Shown piece after piece: positions 26,399 through 35,737 of a DNA stretch of 64,000 bases. Both the position numbers and the translations under genes were made by a program. Under the pieces are notes generated by a model. That model was not told the origin of the DNA. It ran no database searches and saw only the letters and a list, made by a program, of their open reading frames with translations. Within the stretch, counting starts at the first letter, position 1, and the number at the start of each line of letters is the position of its first letter. This stretch comes from an uncultured Oscillospiraceae bacterium (GTDB lineage Bacteria; Bacillota; Clostridia; Oscillospirales; Oscillospiraceae): NCBI GenBank assembly GCA_944385665.1, contig CALWYB010000006.1, positions 180 through 64,179 of the forward strand, in the 5' to 3' direction.

Positions 26399-26908
26399 GT
26401 TCTTTCCAGCGATGGAAAGAATCAAAGATCGCCGGGGCCGCCTTCCTGAAAGCTGGGAAATTGCGTCCGGCGGGCAAAATCTGAGTGGCTCGCCCTTCTT
26501 GCCGCCGGGTCACTGGGCCCTGCCGGGTCCAAAATTAGAAAGCGTCTGCGCGGCACGAACACCGCCTACTCTGGCACAGCCAGAGCAGCTGGGCGGTTAT
26601 CCCGGACCGGTGAGGACACCGGCCCGCCCGATCCCAGCCGCACCAAACAAGTAGGCAGGCACCAGGCGGGGTATGTTAGAATACAACCGCCCTCAAATCT
26701 TGATAGCAACAGGCCCCAGTGGGCCGAGAATAGGAGAAGCATCCACTCAGATTTTGCCCGCCGGAACGGATAAACCAGCCGGAGGGGCACGCTCCCGTAA
26801 TGGGGGTTCGGGGGTAAGAGACTATGAACACCCGCCTTTGGCGAGGTGTTCATCGGAACGCAACCCCCGGCGATTCTTTCGTGCCTTTCTGATCGCTCAG
26901 AAAGGCAC
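26399..26908. repeat. R1-family element, copy C (left arm internally deleted)
   Basis: The right arm (26795-26908) closely matches 22885-23000. The core matches the reverse complement of 22540-22880. It has internal inverted symmetry: CCGGCGGGCAAAATCTGAGTGG at 26467-26488 versus CCACTCAGATTTTGCCCGCCGG at 26743-26764. Confidence 0.75.
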
Positions 26909-27008
26909 ACCCCCCAATCTCTTTTCCAGTTTGTATCTTCCATGGACGGCAGGGCAGAACCATGGTATACTGAAAAAAATATCCCAAAGACAGGAAGGGA
27001 CGTTTCTT

Positions 27009-28268
27009 ATGTATCGAAGCATCACGCTGCCCAACGGCGCCCGCATCCTCACCCAGCGCATCCCCGGGGTGCGCTCCGCCGCCCTGGGCTTTTTTGTGGG
27101 GGCCGGTTCCCGCCACGAGCGGGCCTCGGAAAACGGCGCCGCCCACTTTATCGAGCACATGTCCTTTAAGGGCACGGCCACCCGCTCCGCCGGGGACCTG
27201 GCCCGAGAGATGGACGCCATCGGCGGCCAGGTCAACGCCTACACCACCAAGGAGCACACCTGCTACTACGCCCGCTGTCTGGACAGCCACCTGGACCGGG
27301 CGGAGGACCTGCTGTGTGACATGCTCTTCGCCTCCCGGTTTGACCAGGGGGACGTGGATCTGGAGCGGGGCGTCATCCTGGAGGAGATCGGCATGTACGA
27401 GGACACCCCCGAGGACCTGTGCGCCGAGCGTCTGTCCATGGCGGTGTACAAGGGGGACTCATTGGGGCGGCCCATCCTGGGCCGGGCCTCCACCCTGGAG
27501 AAGATGACGGGGGAGTGGCTGCGGCAGTGGCAGCAGGACCACTACCGTCCCCAGGCCATGGTGGTCTCTCTGGCGGGCAGCTTCTCCCAGCACCACGTGG
27601 ATGCTCTGGTGGAGCGTCTGTCTGCCCTGCCGGAAGGCCCGCTCCCTCCCAGCCGGCAGGCCTACTACCGCAGCGCCGTCACCGTGCGGAAAAAGGCCAT
27701 TGAGCAAAACCATCTGATTCTGGCCTTCCCCGGCCTGTCCTACCTGGACGAGCGGCGCTATCCGCTGCTGCTGCTCAACTCCATTCTGGGGGGCGGCTGC
27801 TCCTCCCGGCTGTTTCAGCAGCTGCGGGAGCAGCGGGGCCTGTGCTACTCGGTGTACTCCTACGTCTCCGACCACGCCGACACCGGCTTTTTGGGCATCT
27901 ATACCGGCCTGAGCCGGGAGCAGGAGCAGCCTGCCCTGGAGACGGTGCGCGCCATCGTCTCCCAGCTGGCCGACCAGGGTCCCACCCAGGAGGAGCTGGA
28001 CCGGGCCCGGGAGCAGGCCAAGGCCAACATCCTCATGGGGCTGGAGTCGGTCCAGGCCCGGATGAGCCATCTGGGCAGCTCCACCCTGCTCTATGGCCGG
28101 GTGCGGGAGCCGGAAGAGCTGCTGGCAGCCTACGACCAGGTCACCCGGGAGGATTTACGCCTTCTGAGCCAGGAGATGTTTGCCTTCCCCCGTGCCTCTC
28201 TGTCCGCCGTGGGCCGGGTCCGTCCCGGCGAGGAGTACGCCAACTGGCTGGAGCACGGCACCTTTTAA
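27009..28268 (+). CDS. M16 family (pitrilysin/insulinase-like) zinc peptidase
   Basis: ORF trimmed to the ATG at 27009. HxxEH zinc motif (AAHFIEHMSFKG), then EEIGMYEDTPED. 419 aa. Confidence 0.9.
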   Translation: MYRSITLPNGARILTQRIPGVRSAALGFFVGAGSRHERASENGAAHFIEHMSFKGTATRSAGDLAREMDAIGGQVNAYTTKEHTCYYARCLDSHLDRAEDLLCDMLFASRFDQGDVDLERGVILEEIGMYEDTPEDLCAERLSMAVYKGDSLGRPILGRASTLEKMTGEWLRQWQQDHYRPQAMVVSLAGSFSQHHVDALVERLSALPEGPLPPSRQAYYRSAVTVRKKAIEQNHLILAFPGLSYLDERRYPLLLLNSILGGGCSSRLFQQLREQRGLCYSVYSYVSDHADTGFLGIYTGLSREQEQPALETVRAIVSQLADQGPTQEELDRAREQAKANILMGLESVQARMSHLGSSTLLYGRVREPEELLAAYDQVTREDLRLLSQEMFAFPRASLSAVGRVRPGEEYANWLEHGTF

Positions 28269-28282
28269 CCGATTTTACGCAA

Positions 28283-28318
28283 AATAAGGCCGCCCATCCG
28301 GGCGGCCTTATTTTTTTA
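28283..28318. terminator. Bidirectional terminator between convergent M16 and VWA genes
   Basis: TAAGGCCGCCC-atcc-GGGCGGCCTTA followed by TTTTTTT, and preceded by AAAA. Confidence 0.8.
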
Positions 28319-30037
28319 TAAACGGTCCGAGGCGGTCAGGCGGCCCTGGATCAGGCGGCTGACCGTCTGAGCCAGAGCGCTCACCCCGGGCAGGCGCACC
28401 ACCTCCCGGCCGTAGATCTGCCGGGCGGCGGGCAGCTCCCGCTCCCCGCCGGTGAAGATACACACCACCTCCACGCCCTTTTTCCGCAGCGCCGCCGCCT
28501 CCCGGGCGGCGTCCTTCACCCCCAGCACGCCGCTGTAATCCCGGTTGCCGTGAAACAGGCTGTTGCTGGGGATTTTTTGGTCGTCATTGGGGCTGGCGTC
28601 GGAGAGAATAAGGAGCAGCCGCCGGCCCTCCTCCTTGTTCTGGTCCAGCAGCCAGCCCATAGCCCGCAGGGCCAGGCCGTCCCGGTTCCACCCGGCGGCG
28701 GCGTAGTCAAAAATTTTCTCGTCTGTTCCTTGGTCTTGATAATCCCGGTAGATGCGCAGCACCGTGCAGCCGCTGACGCTGCAAAAGGAGCTCACCCGCA
28801 CCGGGATCTGACAGCGGCCCAGGCTGGCGGCGATGAGGTAGGCCTGGGCGGCCAGCTTCTCCTGCTGGCCGTTCTGAGAGGCCGAGCCGTCCAGCAGCAG
28901 GTCCACCCACAGCTCCCCCGGCTCCCGGGTCTGGCGGCGGGCGAAGATCCGCTCCTCCCCCAGTGCCATGCCCCGCCAGGCTGCCTGAGGGCGCAAACGG
29001 CCCCACCGGCTGGGGGTATCGTCCTCCTCCCGCTGGAGCAGGATGGTATTCTCCAGCGCCCGGGACAAGCGGGCCATGGCCAGGCGGTACTGATTTTTAT
29101 GTTCCTCAAAATAGGCCCGGTTTTTCTGCCGCTGGAGCTGAAACAGGGCCCGCTCCCGGGCGCAGGACCCCTTCACCGGGCGGGTGGAGGGGTCCCCCTT
29201 GGTGAAGTGGAGGCGGCAGTTCCGGTGGTCGCCGGTACAAAGGTCCTGCTCCGCCTGGGCCAGCTCCCCCGGAGCGAGCAGACTGGCCCCGAAGCACCCC
29301 TCCACATAGTCCCGCAGCACCCGCTCCCGGGTCTTGGTCTGCCAGAAGGGGCTCAGCCGCTTTTTTCCCAGCAGGCCGCCCCCCTGGCCCTGGCTCTCCC
29401 CCGGGCCGCTGAGCCGCCGCAGGGCGTCTCCCCGGTTCCGGCCGGGCTGCCAGGCGGCAAAAAAGCTGCGGTCCACCCGGCTGCTGCCCAGCTGGTCCAG
29501 GGTGCTGCGCCGGGGCCGGCGGTACCACCGGTACAGCAGGTCCTCCACCCCCTGGCGCACCTGGTCCCCGCTCCAAGTGGGGGGAAATTCCAGCTGGTCC
29601 AGCATGGCCTTCTCCCTGGAACTCTCCCGGTGGGGCTGATCCAGGGCACGGGCCCACCAGCATCCCCGCAGGCTCTCCCCCTCGTCCCGGTCCTGGGGTG
29701 CAGGGAGCCGGGCCAGGGCCTGGGCGGCGTAGTCCCGGCGCAGCGCTGGGAGGGCGGGGCGCTCCTCCTGCCACCGCAGGGTGAGGCAGCGCTCCAGCCC
29801 CATCCACAGCAGGTCGCTGTACAGCGCCCCCCGGGCGCTGCCCGGAAAGGAGCGCAGCAGGGGCTCCAGATTCTCCCGCCACCCCTCCCGCTGGGCCAGG
29901 CCCACGATGGTGTTCAGGTACACCGGCGCCTGTCCGTCCGGCCCTATGGCCCGGTACCAGGGGTGCAGATGGTAGTCCCCCGCCCCGTTCCACACCTGGT
30001 TGTCCGCCCGGCGCGCCTCCATCTCCCGGCGGTCCAT
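28316..30037 (-). CDS. VWA domain-containing protein (NorD/CbbO-like partner of a MoxR ATPase)
   Basis: 573 aa. C-terminal VWA fold with a MIDAS-like DGSASQ (VDLLLDGSASQNG...LLLILSDASPND). The long N-terminal region is unassigned. Starts 1 nt after the AAA gene stop. Confidence 0.8.
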   Translation of the reverse strand: MDRREMEARRADNQVWNGAGDYHLHPWYRAIGPDGQAPVYLNTIVGLAQREGWRENLEPLLRSFPGSARGALYSDLLWMGLERCLTLRWQEERPALPALRRDYAAQALARLPAPQDRDEGESLRGCWWARALDQPHRESSREKAMLDQLEFPPTWSGDQVRQGVEDLLYRWYRRPRRSTLDQLGSSRVDRSFFAAWQPGRNRGDALRRLSGPGESQGQGGGLLGKKRLSPFWQTKTRERVLRDYVEGCFGASLLAPGELAQAEQDLCTGDHRNCRLHFTKGDPSTRPVKGSCARERALFQLQRQKNRAYFEEHKNQYRLAMARLSRALENTILLQREEDDTPSRWGRLRPQAAWRGMALGEERIFARRQTREPGELWVDLLLDGSASQNGQQEKLAAQAYLIAASLGRCQIPVRVSSFCSVSGCTVLRIYRDYQDQGTDEKIFDYAAAGWNRDGLALRAMGWLLDQNKEEGRRLLLILSDASPNDDQKIPSNSLFHGNRDYSGVLGVKDAAREAAALRKKGVEVVCIFTGGERELPAARQIYGREVVRLPGVSALAQTVSRLIQGRLTASDRL

Positions 30038-30038
30038 C

Positions 30039-30959
30039 TCAGCCCTCCATCAGCTGGTCCCGGCCCGCCTCCCGGGGAATGCGGGCGGCGATCACGTCGG
30101 CGGCCAGCTGCCGCTCGTAGGGGTCAAAGGCCTTGTTCACCAGCCCCAGCTCCAGGGCCTGCCCGGCAGCAAGGCCGTGCCCGATGAGCCGCAGAGCAGC
30201 CAGCAGCCCCCGCAGGTCCAGGGTGCGGGTGGAGATCTCCCCGCTCTGGCACTTGTCCCGCAGGTCCTGGAACAGGGCGGCAAACTGGCCCACCCACTTG
30301 CTTTTCAGCTGGGGGAAGGCCCGGCGCAGCAGCTTCTCCAAATCCTCCTGGGCAATGACCGGCATGTCCACCACCGCAAAGCGGGACACCAGGGCCTCGT
30401 TGAGCTCCCGGGTGCCGGCGTAGCCGTAGTTCATGGTGCCGATAAACCGGGCGGCCTCGTCCAGGGGGACAGGGCGGTAACCGGGCACATCCATGACCCG
30501 GCGGAAATCCAGGGCGGCGTGGAGCACGGCCAGGGCCTCATTTTTGGCCATGTTCACCTCGTCCAGCACCCCAAAGCCCCCCAGGCGGGCGCACTGGCAC
30601 ACCGGCCCCTCCCGGAACACCACCTCCCCCTCCTTCAGGGTGTCCGCCCCGATGAGGGAGGCGGCGTCGATGTTCACATACATGGACACGTTCCACACGG
30701 GGCGGCCGAAGGCGGCGGCCAGATTTTCCGCCAGCACATTTTTCCCCGTGGCCTTGGGGCCGGAGAGGAGCAGGTTTTCCCCGCACAGCAGGGCGGTGGC
30801 CGCCGCCTGCCACACCTCTCGGCCATAGTACAGCAGCTTGGGCCGGATCAGCCGTCCCTGTGCTTCCTGGGGCACCGGGTGCTCCGCCCGGAAGGCCCGG
30901 ATGGCCTCCAGCAGCGCCCGGTCGATCCCCTCCTGTTCCAGTTCCTCAAAGAGCTCCAT
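30039..30959 (-). CDS. MoxR/CbbQ/NorQ-like AAA+ ATPase (AAA_5)
   Basis: ORF trimmed to the ATG at 30959. Walker A LLLSGPKATGKN, Walker B FGVLDEVNM, then ALDFRRV...GTMNYGYAGTRELNEALVSRF. Confidence 0.88.
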   Translation of the reverse strand: MELFEELEQEGIDRALLEAIRAFRAEHPVPQEAQGRLIRPKLLYYGREVWQAAATALLCGENLLLSGPKATGKNVLAENLAAAFGRPVWNVSMYVNIDAASLIGADTLKEGEVVFREGPVCQCARLGGFGVLDEVNMAKNEALAVLHAALDFRRVMDVPGYRPVPLDEAARFIGTMNYGYAGTRELNEALVSRFAVVDMPVIAQEDLEKLLRRAFPQLKSKWVGQFAALFQDLRDKCQSGEISTRTLDLRGLLAALRLIGHGLAAGQALELGLVNKAFDPYERQLAADVIAARIPREAGRDQLMEG

Positions 30960-31665
30960 GCTCCTCGCCTCCTGATTTGCTCGCCGTGATTTCCCGCACA
31001 TGAAGAATAGGCTCCTCTACCGTGAAGCGCACCTCCAGCCCCCCGAAGGCCATACCGTACACCCGCTCCGGGTCGTGCTGGTAGGTGGGCCGGGGGTCCT
31101 GGGCCAGCACGCCGATGAGGGCCTCCCGCAGCTCCTGGGGCACCTGGGATAAAAGCTCCGCAGAAATGTCCACCTCCAGGGTGGCCTCCTTGGGGGCGCT
31201 GGCAAAGCCTCCCACCGCCTGGGGGCGGCAGTCGGCGTAGGGGATGTAGGGCTTGATGTCGTAGATGGGGCTGCCGTCCATCAGGTCGGCCCCGGTGATG
31301 TGGAGGACGGGACCCTGTGGGGTGTGGAGCTCCACCCCCGCCAGCCCCACGCAGCTCAGGCCGATGGGGTTGGGACGGAAGGGGGCGCGGGTGGCAAAGA
31401 CCCCCATGCGGGTGTTGCCCCCCAGCCGGGGGGGCCGCACCGTGGGGGACCAGGTCTTGCGCACCGCCTGGGAGAACTGCCAGATGAGCCACAGGTGGGA
31501 AAAGCCCTCCAGCCCCCGCAGGGCGTCGGGGTTGCGGTACTCGGGCTCAAAGACCACGGTGGAGCGCAGCTCCTCTACCAGGCCGCTCTGCCGGGGGATG
31601 CCGAACTTGGTGGGAAAGTCGCTGTGGATGCGGGCGATGATGTTCAGGGTACTCTGTTCTGCCAT
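30946..31665 (-). CDS. trmO: tRNA (t6A37-N6)-methyltransferase TrmO (YaeB family)
   Basis: 239 aa. IHSDFPTKFGIPRQ, GLEGFSHLWLIWQF, GVFATRAPFRPNPIGLS and SPIYDIKPYIPY are typical TrmO blocks. GAGGAGG RBS. Its 3' end overlaps the AAA gene by 14 nt. Confidence 0.88.
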   Translation of the reverse strand: MAEQSTLNIIARIHSDFPTKFGIPRQSGLVEELRSTVVFEPEYRNPDALRGLEGFSHLWLIWQFSQAVRKTWSPTVRPPRLGGNTRMGVFATRAPFRPNPIGLSCVGLAGVELHTPQGPVLHITGADLMDGSPIYDIKPYIPYADCRPQAVGGFASAPKEATLEVDISAELLSQVPQELREALIGVLAQDPRPTYQHDPERVYGMAFGGLEVRFTVEEPILHVREITASKSGGEEHGAL

Positions 31666-31740
31666 GGTGTCCTCCTCATTTTCCAGGGTTCTTTTCCCCC
31701 ATTATAGGAGCCTCCCCCAAGTTTGTCGAGAGGGTAGACC

Positions 31741-31778
31741 AAACAGGCCGGACCTGTGCCGGTCCGGCCTGTCTTTCA
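31741..31778 (-). terminator. Stem-loop downstream of the ASST gene (weak U-tract)
   Basis: ACAGGCCGGACC-tgtgcc-GGTCCGGCCTGT. On the minus strand it is followed only by TTTGG. Confidence 0.45.
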
Positions 31779-31779
31779 T

Positions 31780-33531
31780 CTATTGAAACCAGAACCCCCG
31801 CATCTCCAGCTTGAAGGTGCGATAGCCCTGCATGGTACATTGGTATGTAAACTGGCGAATCAAAGTTCCCTGGCTGTCGTACTCCCCGAACACGTTGGCC
31901 ACGCCGCTGTTGACCACCCAGTGGTCCCCGGATTGGGCGGCGTTGGACACGATGCTGGAGTAGGGCACCTGGAAGGACTGCTCCAGGGTGAAGGTGCCCT
32001 CCGTTTCATCCACCCGGTAGAGGTAGACCCAGCTGGTATCCTCCCCGCTGCCGTAGAGGCTGCGGCTGACCCCCTGGTCCAGCTCCGGCTCGTAGTCCCG
32101 AGTGTTGAGAGCCCAGTAGTTGTTGTTGAACAGGGAGAGGTAGTAGACCCCCTCCTCCTCCCCGTCTCCGGCGTACTCCACGCTGTGCTGGCCGTATTGG
32201 AAGGTAAAGTCCCCCTGGGGGGTGAGGGACAGGTCCTCATAGGCGGTGCCCTCCCAGAAGGCGGGGTCGCCCAGCAGCCAGGTGAGCTGGGCCTGGCTGT
32301 GGACCTGCTCCACCTTGATGATGGTGGAGGTCTCCCGGGAGGAGACGATGAGGCTGTCCTGGTCTTCCAGATACTCCACTGTGTTCAGGTGCAGCCAGTC
32401 CCACTCTCCGGCCTGCCAGAAAAAGTCGGAGGTGAGGGAGACAGGGTAGGTCTCATTCTGGAAGTAATCGGCTAGGATCTGGGTGAAATCGGCCAGCAGG
32501 GTGACCTGGCCGCTGTCCAGGTCGATCTCCGCCACCTTGTCCTCCACCGTCTCCCCATCCTGTTCCTCCACCAGGGCCACCACCGTGCCCTGGGGACCGT
32601 AGTTGATGTCGTGGTGGAGCTCATATCCCTCCAGGTCATATACCTGGGTCACCCGGCCCAGGCCGTTGAGCCGGGCCAGGCGGGTGGAGGAGATACAGGT
32701 GACCATCTCGTCCCCGTAAAAGAGGACCCGGTCCAGGCCGTAGCCCTCCAGCACCATCTCATAGCGGAGCACCCCGCTGTTGTCGAAGAAGCCGTAGCCC
32801 AGGTAGCCGTTGGTGCGCATCATGGCAAACAGCCCGTCGGCCAGGGCCTGGCCGCTGTCCCCGTCGGTGTACTCCAGTTGGGTGGGGTACCCGGAATGGG
32901 TGTCGGGCATGGTGATGGAGAAGGTGACCTTCTGGCGCACGTTGCCCCAGGAGCCGGTGAGGGTCATGGTGACCTGATTGGTCTGCCCCGGCACCAGGCC
33001 GATCATCTGGAACTCGTGGGTGTTGGAATACTCCTGGCCGTCCCCGTTGGCGGCCACGGCGGTGTAATCGGGGATCTCTTCGTTGTCCACGTGGATGGTA
33101 TAGGTCACCTGGGTGGGCAGGTCGGTCTCAAAGTAGAGGTAGAGACCGTTGCTGCCGGTGCCGTAGGGGTTGAGCACCGCCAGGGGGGCGTCGGCGGTCC
33201 ATGGCTCGTCCGGTCTGTCCTTGGCCTGCTCCAGGGCCTGGGCCAGCCGGTCCTGCACCGAGACGTCGTAGTAGGTAAAGCCCTCCTGGTCCACCTCAAA
33301 GGGCACCAGCTGGATCACGGTCAGGTCGGCCTCCAGAGCCGCCTGGCAGATCTCCAGGTCCAGCTCCTCGTCCCGGCCCAGCAGCTCCCCCACGTCCACC
33401 TGCCAGACGGTGCGCACCTGCTGCTCCTGGTCCACAAAATGCCGCGCCGCCAGATACACTGCGGCTGCCACCGCCACCGCCAGAACGACCAGTGCGCCCA
33501 GGACTATGCCAATCGTTTTCCGCCGTGCCAT
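31780..33531 (-). CDS. Aryl-sulfate sulfotransferase (ASST) family protein, N-terminally membrane-anchored
   Basis: 583 aa. N-terminal TM (IGIVLGALVVLAVAVAAAVYL). The beta-propeller-like body with WDWLHLNTVEYLEDQDSLIVSSRETSTIIKV resembles ASST family blocks. Assignment is from memory. Confidence 0.75.
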   Translation of the reverse strand: MARRKTIGIVLGALVVLAVAVAAAVYLAARHFVDQEQQVRTVWQVDVGELLGRDEELDLEICQAALEADLTVIQLVPFEVDQEGFTYYDVSVQDRLAQALEQAKDRPDEPWTADAPLAVLNPYGTGSNGLYLYFETDLPTQVTYTIHVDNEEIPDYTAVAANGDGQEYSNTHEFQMIGLVPGQTNQVTMTLTGSWGNVRQKVTFSITMPDTHSGYPTQLEYTDGDSGQALADGLFAMMRTNGYLGYGFFDNSGVLRYEMVLEGYGLDRVLFYGDEMVTCISSTRLARLNGLGRVTQVYDLEGYELHHDINYGPQGTVVALVEEQDGETVEDKVAEIDLDSGQVTLLADFTQILADYFQNETYPVSLTSDFFWQAGEWDWLHLNTVEYLEDQDSLIVSSRETSTIIKVEQVHSQAQLTWLLGDPAFWEGTAYEDLSLTPQGDFTFQYGQHSVEYAGDGEEEGVYYLSLFNNNYWALNTRDYEPELDQGVSRSLYGSGEDTSWVYLYRVDETEGTFTLEQSFQVPYSSIVSNAAQSGDHWVVNSGVANVFGEYDSQGTLIRQFTYQCTMQGYRTFKLEMRGFWFQ

Positions 33532-33600
33532 ACCGGCACCCCCTATGTTTGATTTGAAACGCTTCCTATGTTAGGGAGAGAACCGGGTCCCCCCGCCTTT

Positions 33601-34392
33601 TCAGGACAGGCTCTCCTCTTCCTGAGGCACCGTCAGCTGGATCACCTGGGTCAGCTCTCCCTCCGGGGACAGGGTGACGGCCACCATATCCCCCACCTGA
33701 ATGTCGGAGATCTCCCCCTGCTCCAGATAGCCCTGGTCGGTCCCATACACCGTCAGGTCCTCACCCAGGGTGAAGGTCTGCACTGTGGACTCCTGGGTGT
33801 AGCCGCTGAGATCGGCGTCCACGTAGCTGTTCAGCGGGGCGTCCTCCTCACTCTGAGAGAAAAGCAGCTCCACGCTGTCCTCGTCCACCGCGGTCACTTC
33901 GGCCACCCGCTGCTCCTGGCCGGAGGTGTCCTGCTCCAAAATCACATCCACCAGGCTCTCGTTCTCCGGGTCCTCCTGGATGAGCAGCACGCTGCCCGGC
34001 TGGATCTCTTCCAGGGCGGCGGACTGGCTGCCGTTCTCATTTACCGTGTGGAGAATGTCCTCCGGAATGGCCAGCTGCCTGGTCTCCGCCGTGAGAGCCC
34101 AGCCGTCTGTGGTAAAGGAGCTGGGGTCGGTGATGAGGCTGTCCTCATCCTGGAGGGACTGGTACATCTGCAGGGTAACCGCACTGCCCTCCGCCGACAG
34201 CACCAGTCCGGCCTGGTAGCTCTCCTCCTGGACGGTGCTGCCGGCATCGGAGGCGGACGAGCTGGTCACGCCGGAGCTCTCAGAAGCATCCGCCGCTTCG
34301 GCGTCGCTGCCGGAGTCGGAGGAGCAGGCGCAGAGCAGGTTCAGGCAAAAAAGCCCGGAGAGGGCAAAGAGCAACATGTTTCGTTTTTTCAT
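33601..34392 (-). CDS. Hypothetical acidic lipoprotein
   Basis: 263 aa. Signal plus lipobox (MKKRNMLLFALSGLFCLNLLCAC-SS). GGGAGG RBS. No family recognised. Confidence 0.65.
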   Translation of the reverse strand: MKKRNMLLFALSGLFCLNLLCACSSDSGSDAEAADASESSGVTSSSASDAGSTVQEESYQAGLVLSAEGSAVTLQMYQSLQDEDSLITDPSSFTTDGWALTAETRQLAIPEDILHTVNENGSQSAALEEIQPGSVLLIQEDPENESLVDVILEQDTSGQEQRVAEVTAVDEDSVELLFSQSEEDAPLNSYVDADLSGYTQESTVQTFTLGEDLTVYGTDQGYLEQGEISDIQVGDMVAVTLSPEGELTQVIQLTVPQEEESLS

Positions 34393-34597
34393 GATAAGGA
34401 CCTCCCTTGGTAAGTTTCCCAGGCGGGAGAGGCGTCCCGTCTGTTGAGGACAAGCTTACCAGAGGGAGTTGAAATCACTCTTAAAAACCGGTAAACAATT
34501 TACGAACCCGGGGCAGACGCCCGCCCCATATGCGGCAGGCGCCTCCGGCAAAAACCGGAGGCGCTCCACAGGGACATGGCGTCCCAGCCTATTCCAT

Positions 34598-35737
34598 TCA
34601 GCCCACAAACATCTGCACCCAGCAGTTTCTCTGGCTGTTATAGCCCACGCCGATGGTGGTATAGCTGGCGTTGAGGATGTTGGCCCGGTGGCCGGGGGAG
34701 TTCATCCATCCCTCTACCACCGCCGCCGGGGTGGTGTAGCCCATGGCGATGTTCTCCCCCGCGGCCCGGTAGCGCACCCCCGCCTCTCCCAGGGCGGTAA
34801 AGCAGCTTCTGCCGTCGGGCCGGGTGTGGGAGAATAGGGTCAGCAGCTCCTCCGCCCGCACCTGGGCCGCCTGAGTCAGGGCGGAGGCGGTCTTCAGGGC
34901 GGGAAGCCCCTCCTTGGCCCGCTCCTCATTCACCAGGCGGACCACCTCCGCGGTCTCCCACGGCTCCCCGGGCTGAGGCTCCGGTTCCGGCTCCGGCTGG
35001 ACCGAGCCCCCGTAGCTGCGGTGGAACTGCATAAGCATGACCGCCACCTGGGCCCGGGTCACACCCAGGGCCGGGGACATGGTGCCCTCGCCGGTGCCGC
35101 TGAGGATCCCTTCCTGGTAGGCCCAGCCCACCATGGCAAAGAGGATCTCCCCCTCCAGATCGCCGCCCACCGAGTAGGCGGACAGCTCCGGCAAGGTCTG
35201 GGTCAGCGCCTCCAGCGTCATATCGGCAAAGGGCTGCCCCTCCAGGTTCTGGTCCTCGTCATACTTCAGCCCCAGCACATTCCCATAGAAGGCGTAGAGC
35301 ATCAGGCTGAACTCCGCCCGGTTGACCACCTGGTCGGGACAAAACTCCTCCGCCCGGTCAGACGCCCGCCGGGAGTCCTGATAAAACCACAGGGGCAGGA
35401 TGTCCTCCTCCAGGGCCCAGAGCACTGCCTTCTCGTAGTAGGCCCCCTGGGGGATGTCGGTGTAGGCGGTATCCCGGGCGATGGAACCCGAGACCGCCGG
35501 CTTTCCGGCGTAGCTGTACAGCACCTGGGTGAGCATGGCCCGGGTCATGGCCAGCTCCGGCGAGAAGGTGGTCTGGCTGGTACCGCTGAACAGGCCCCGC
35601 TGGGTCACATACTGGATGCCGGGCGCGCCCCAGTAATCCTGGGGCACATCGGTAAAGGAGCCGGCCGCCGCGGCCGGCGCGGCCAGTCCCAGGCTCAGGG
35701 TCACAGCCAACACAAGAGCCATCAGCGCTTTTTTCAT
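34598..35737 (-). CDS. Secreted SLH-domain protein with a C-terminal CAP/SCP (YkwD-like) domain
   Basis: Signal peptide (…GLAAPAAAAG). SLH-like repeats (FTDVPQDYWGAPGIQYVTQRGLFSGTS..., YTDIPQGAYYEKAVLWALEEDI). CAP domain (LVNEERAKEGLPAL...GENIAMGY...WMNSPGHRANIL). Confidence 0.8.
   Translation of the reverse strand: MKKALMALVLAVTLSLGLAAPAAAAGSFTDVPQDYWGAPGIQYVTQRGLFSGTSQTTFSPELAMTRAMLTQVLYSYAGKPAVSGSIARDTAYTDIPQGAYYEKAVLWALEEDILPLWFYQDSRRASDRAEEFCPDQVVNRAEFSLMLYAFYGNVLGLKYDEDQNLEGQPFADMTLEALTQTLPELSAYSVGGDLEGEILFAMVGWAYQEGILSGTGEGTMSPALGVTRAQVAVMLMQFHRSYGGSVQPEPEPEPQPGEPWETAEVVRLVNEERAKEGLPALKTASALTQAAQVRAEELLTLFSHTRPDGRSCFTALGEAGVRYRAAGENIAMGYTTPAAVVEGWMNSPGHRANILNASYTTIGVGYNSQRNCWVQMFVG

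Noticed and set aside
28316-30959. AAA+/VWA pair as an anti-phage defence system
   Set aside because: There are no nuclease, protease, TIR, SIR2 or other effector domains, and no mobile-element context. The Walker motifs and MIDAS-type VWA fit the housekeeping MoxR/NorQ-NorD chaperone class.
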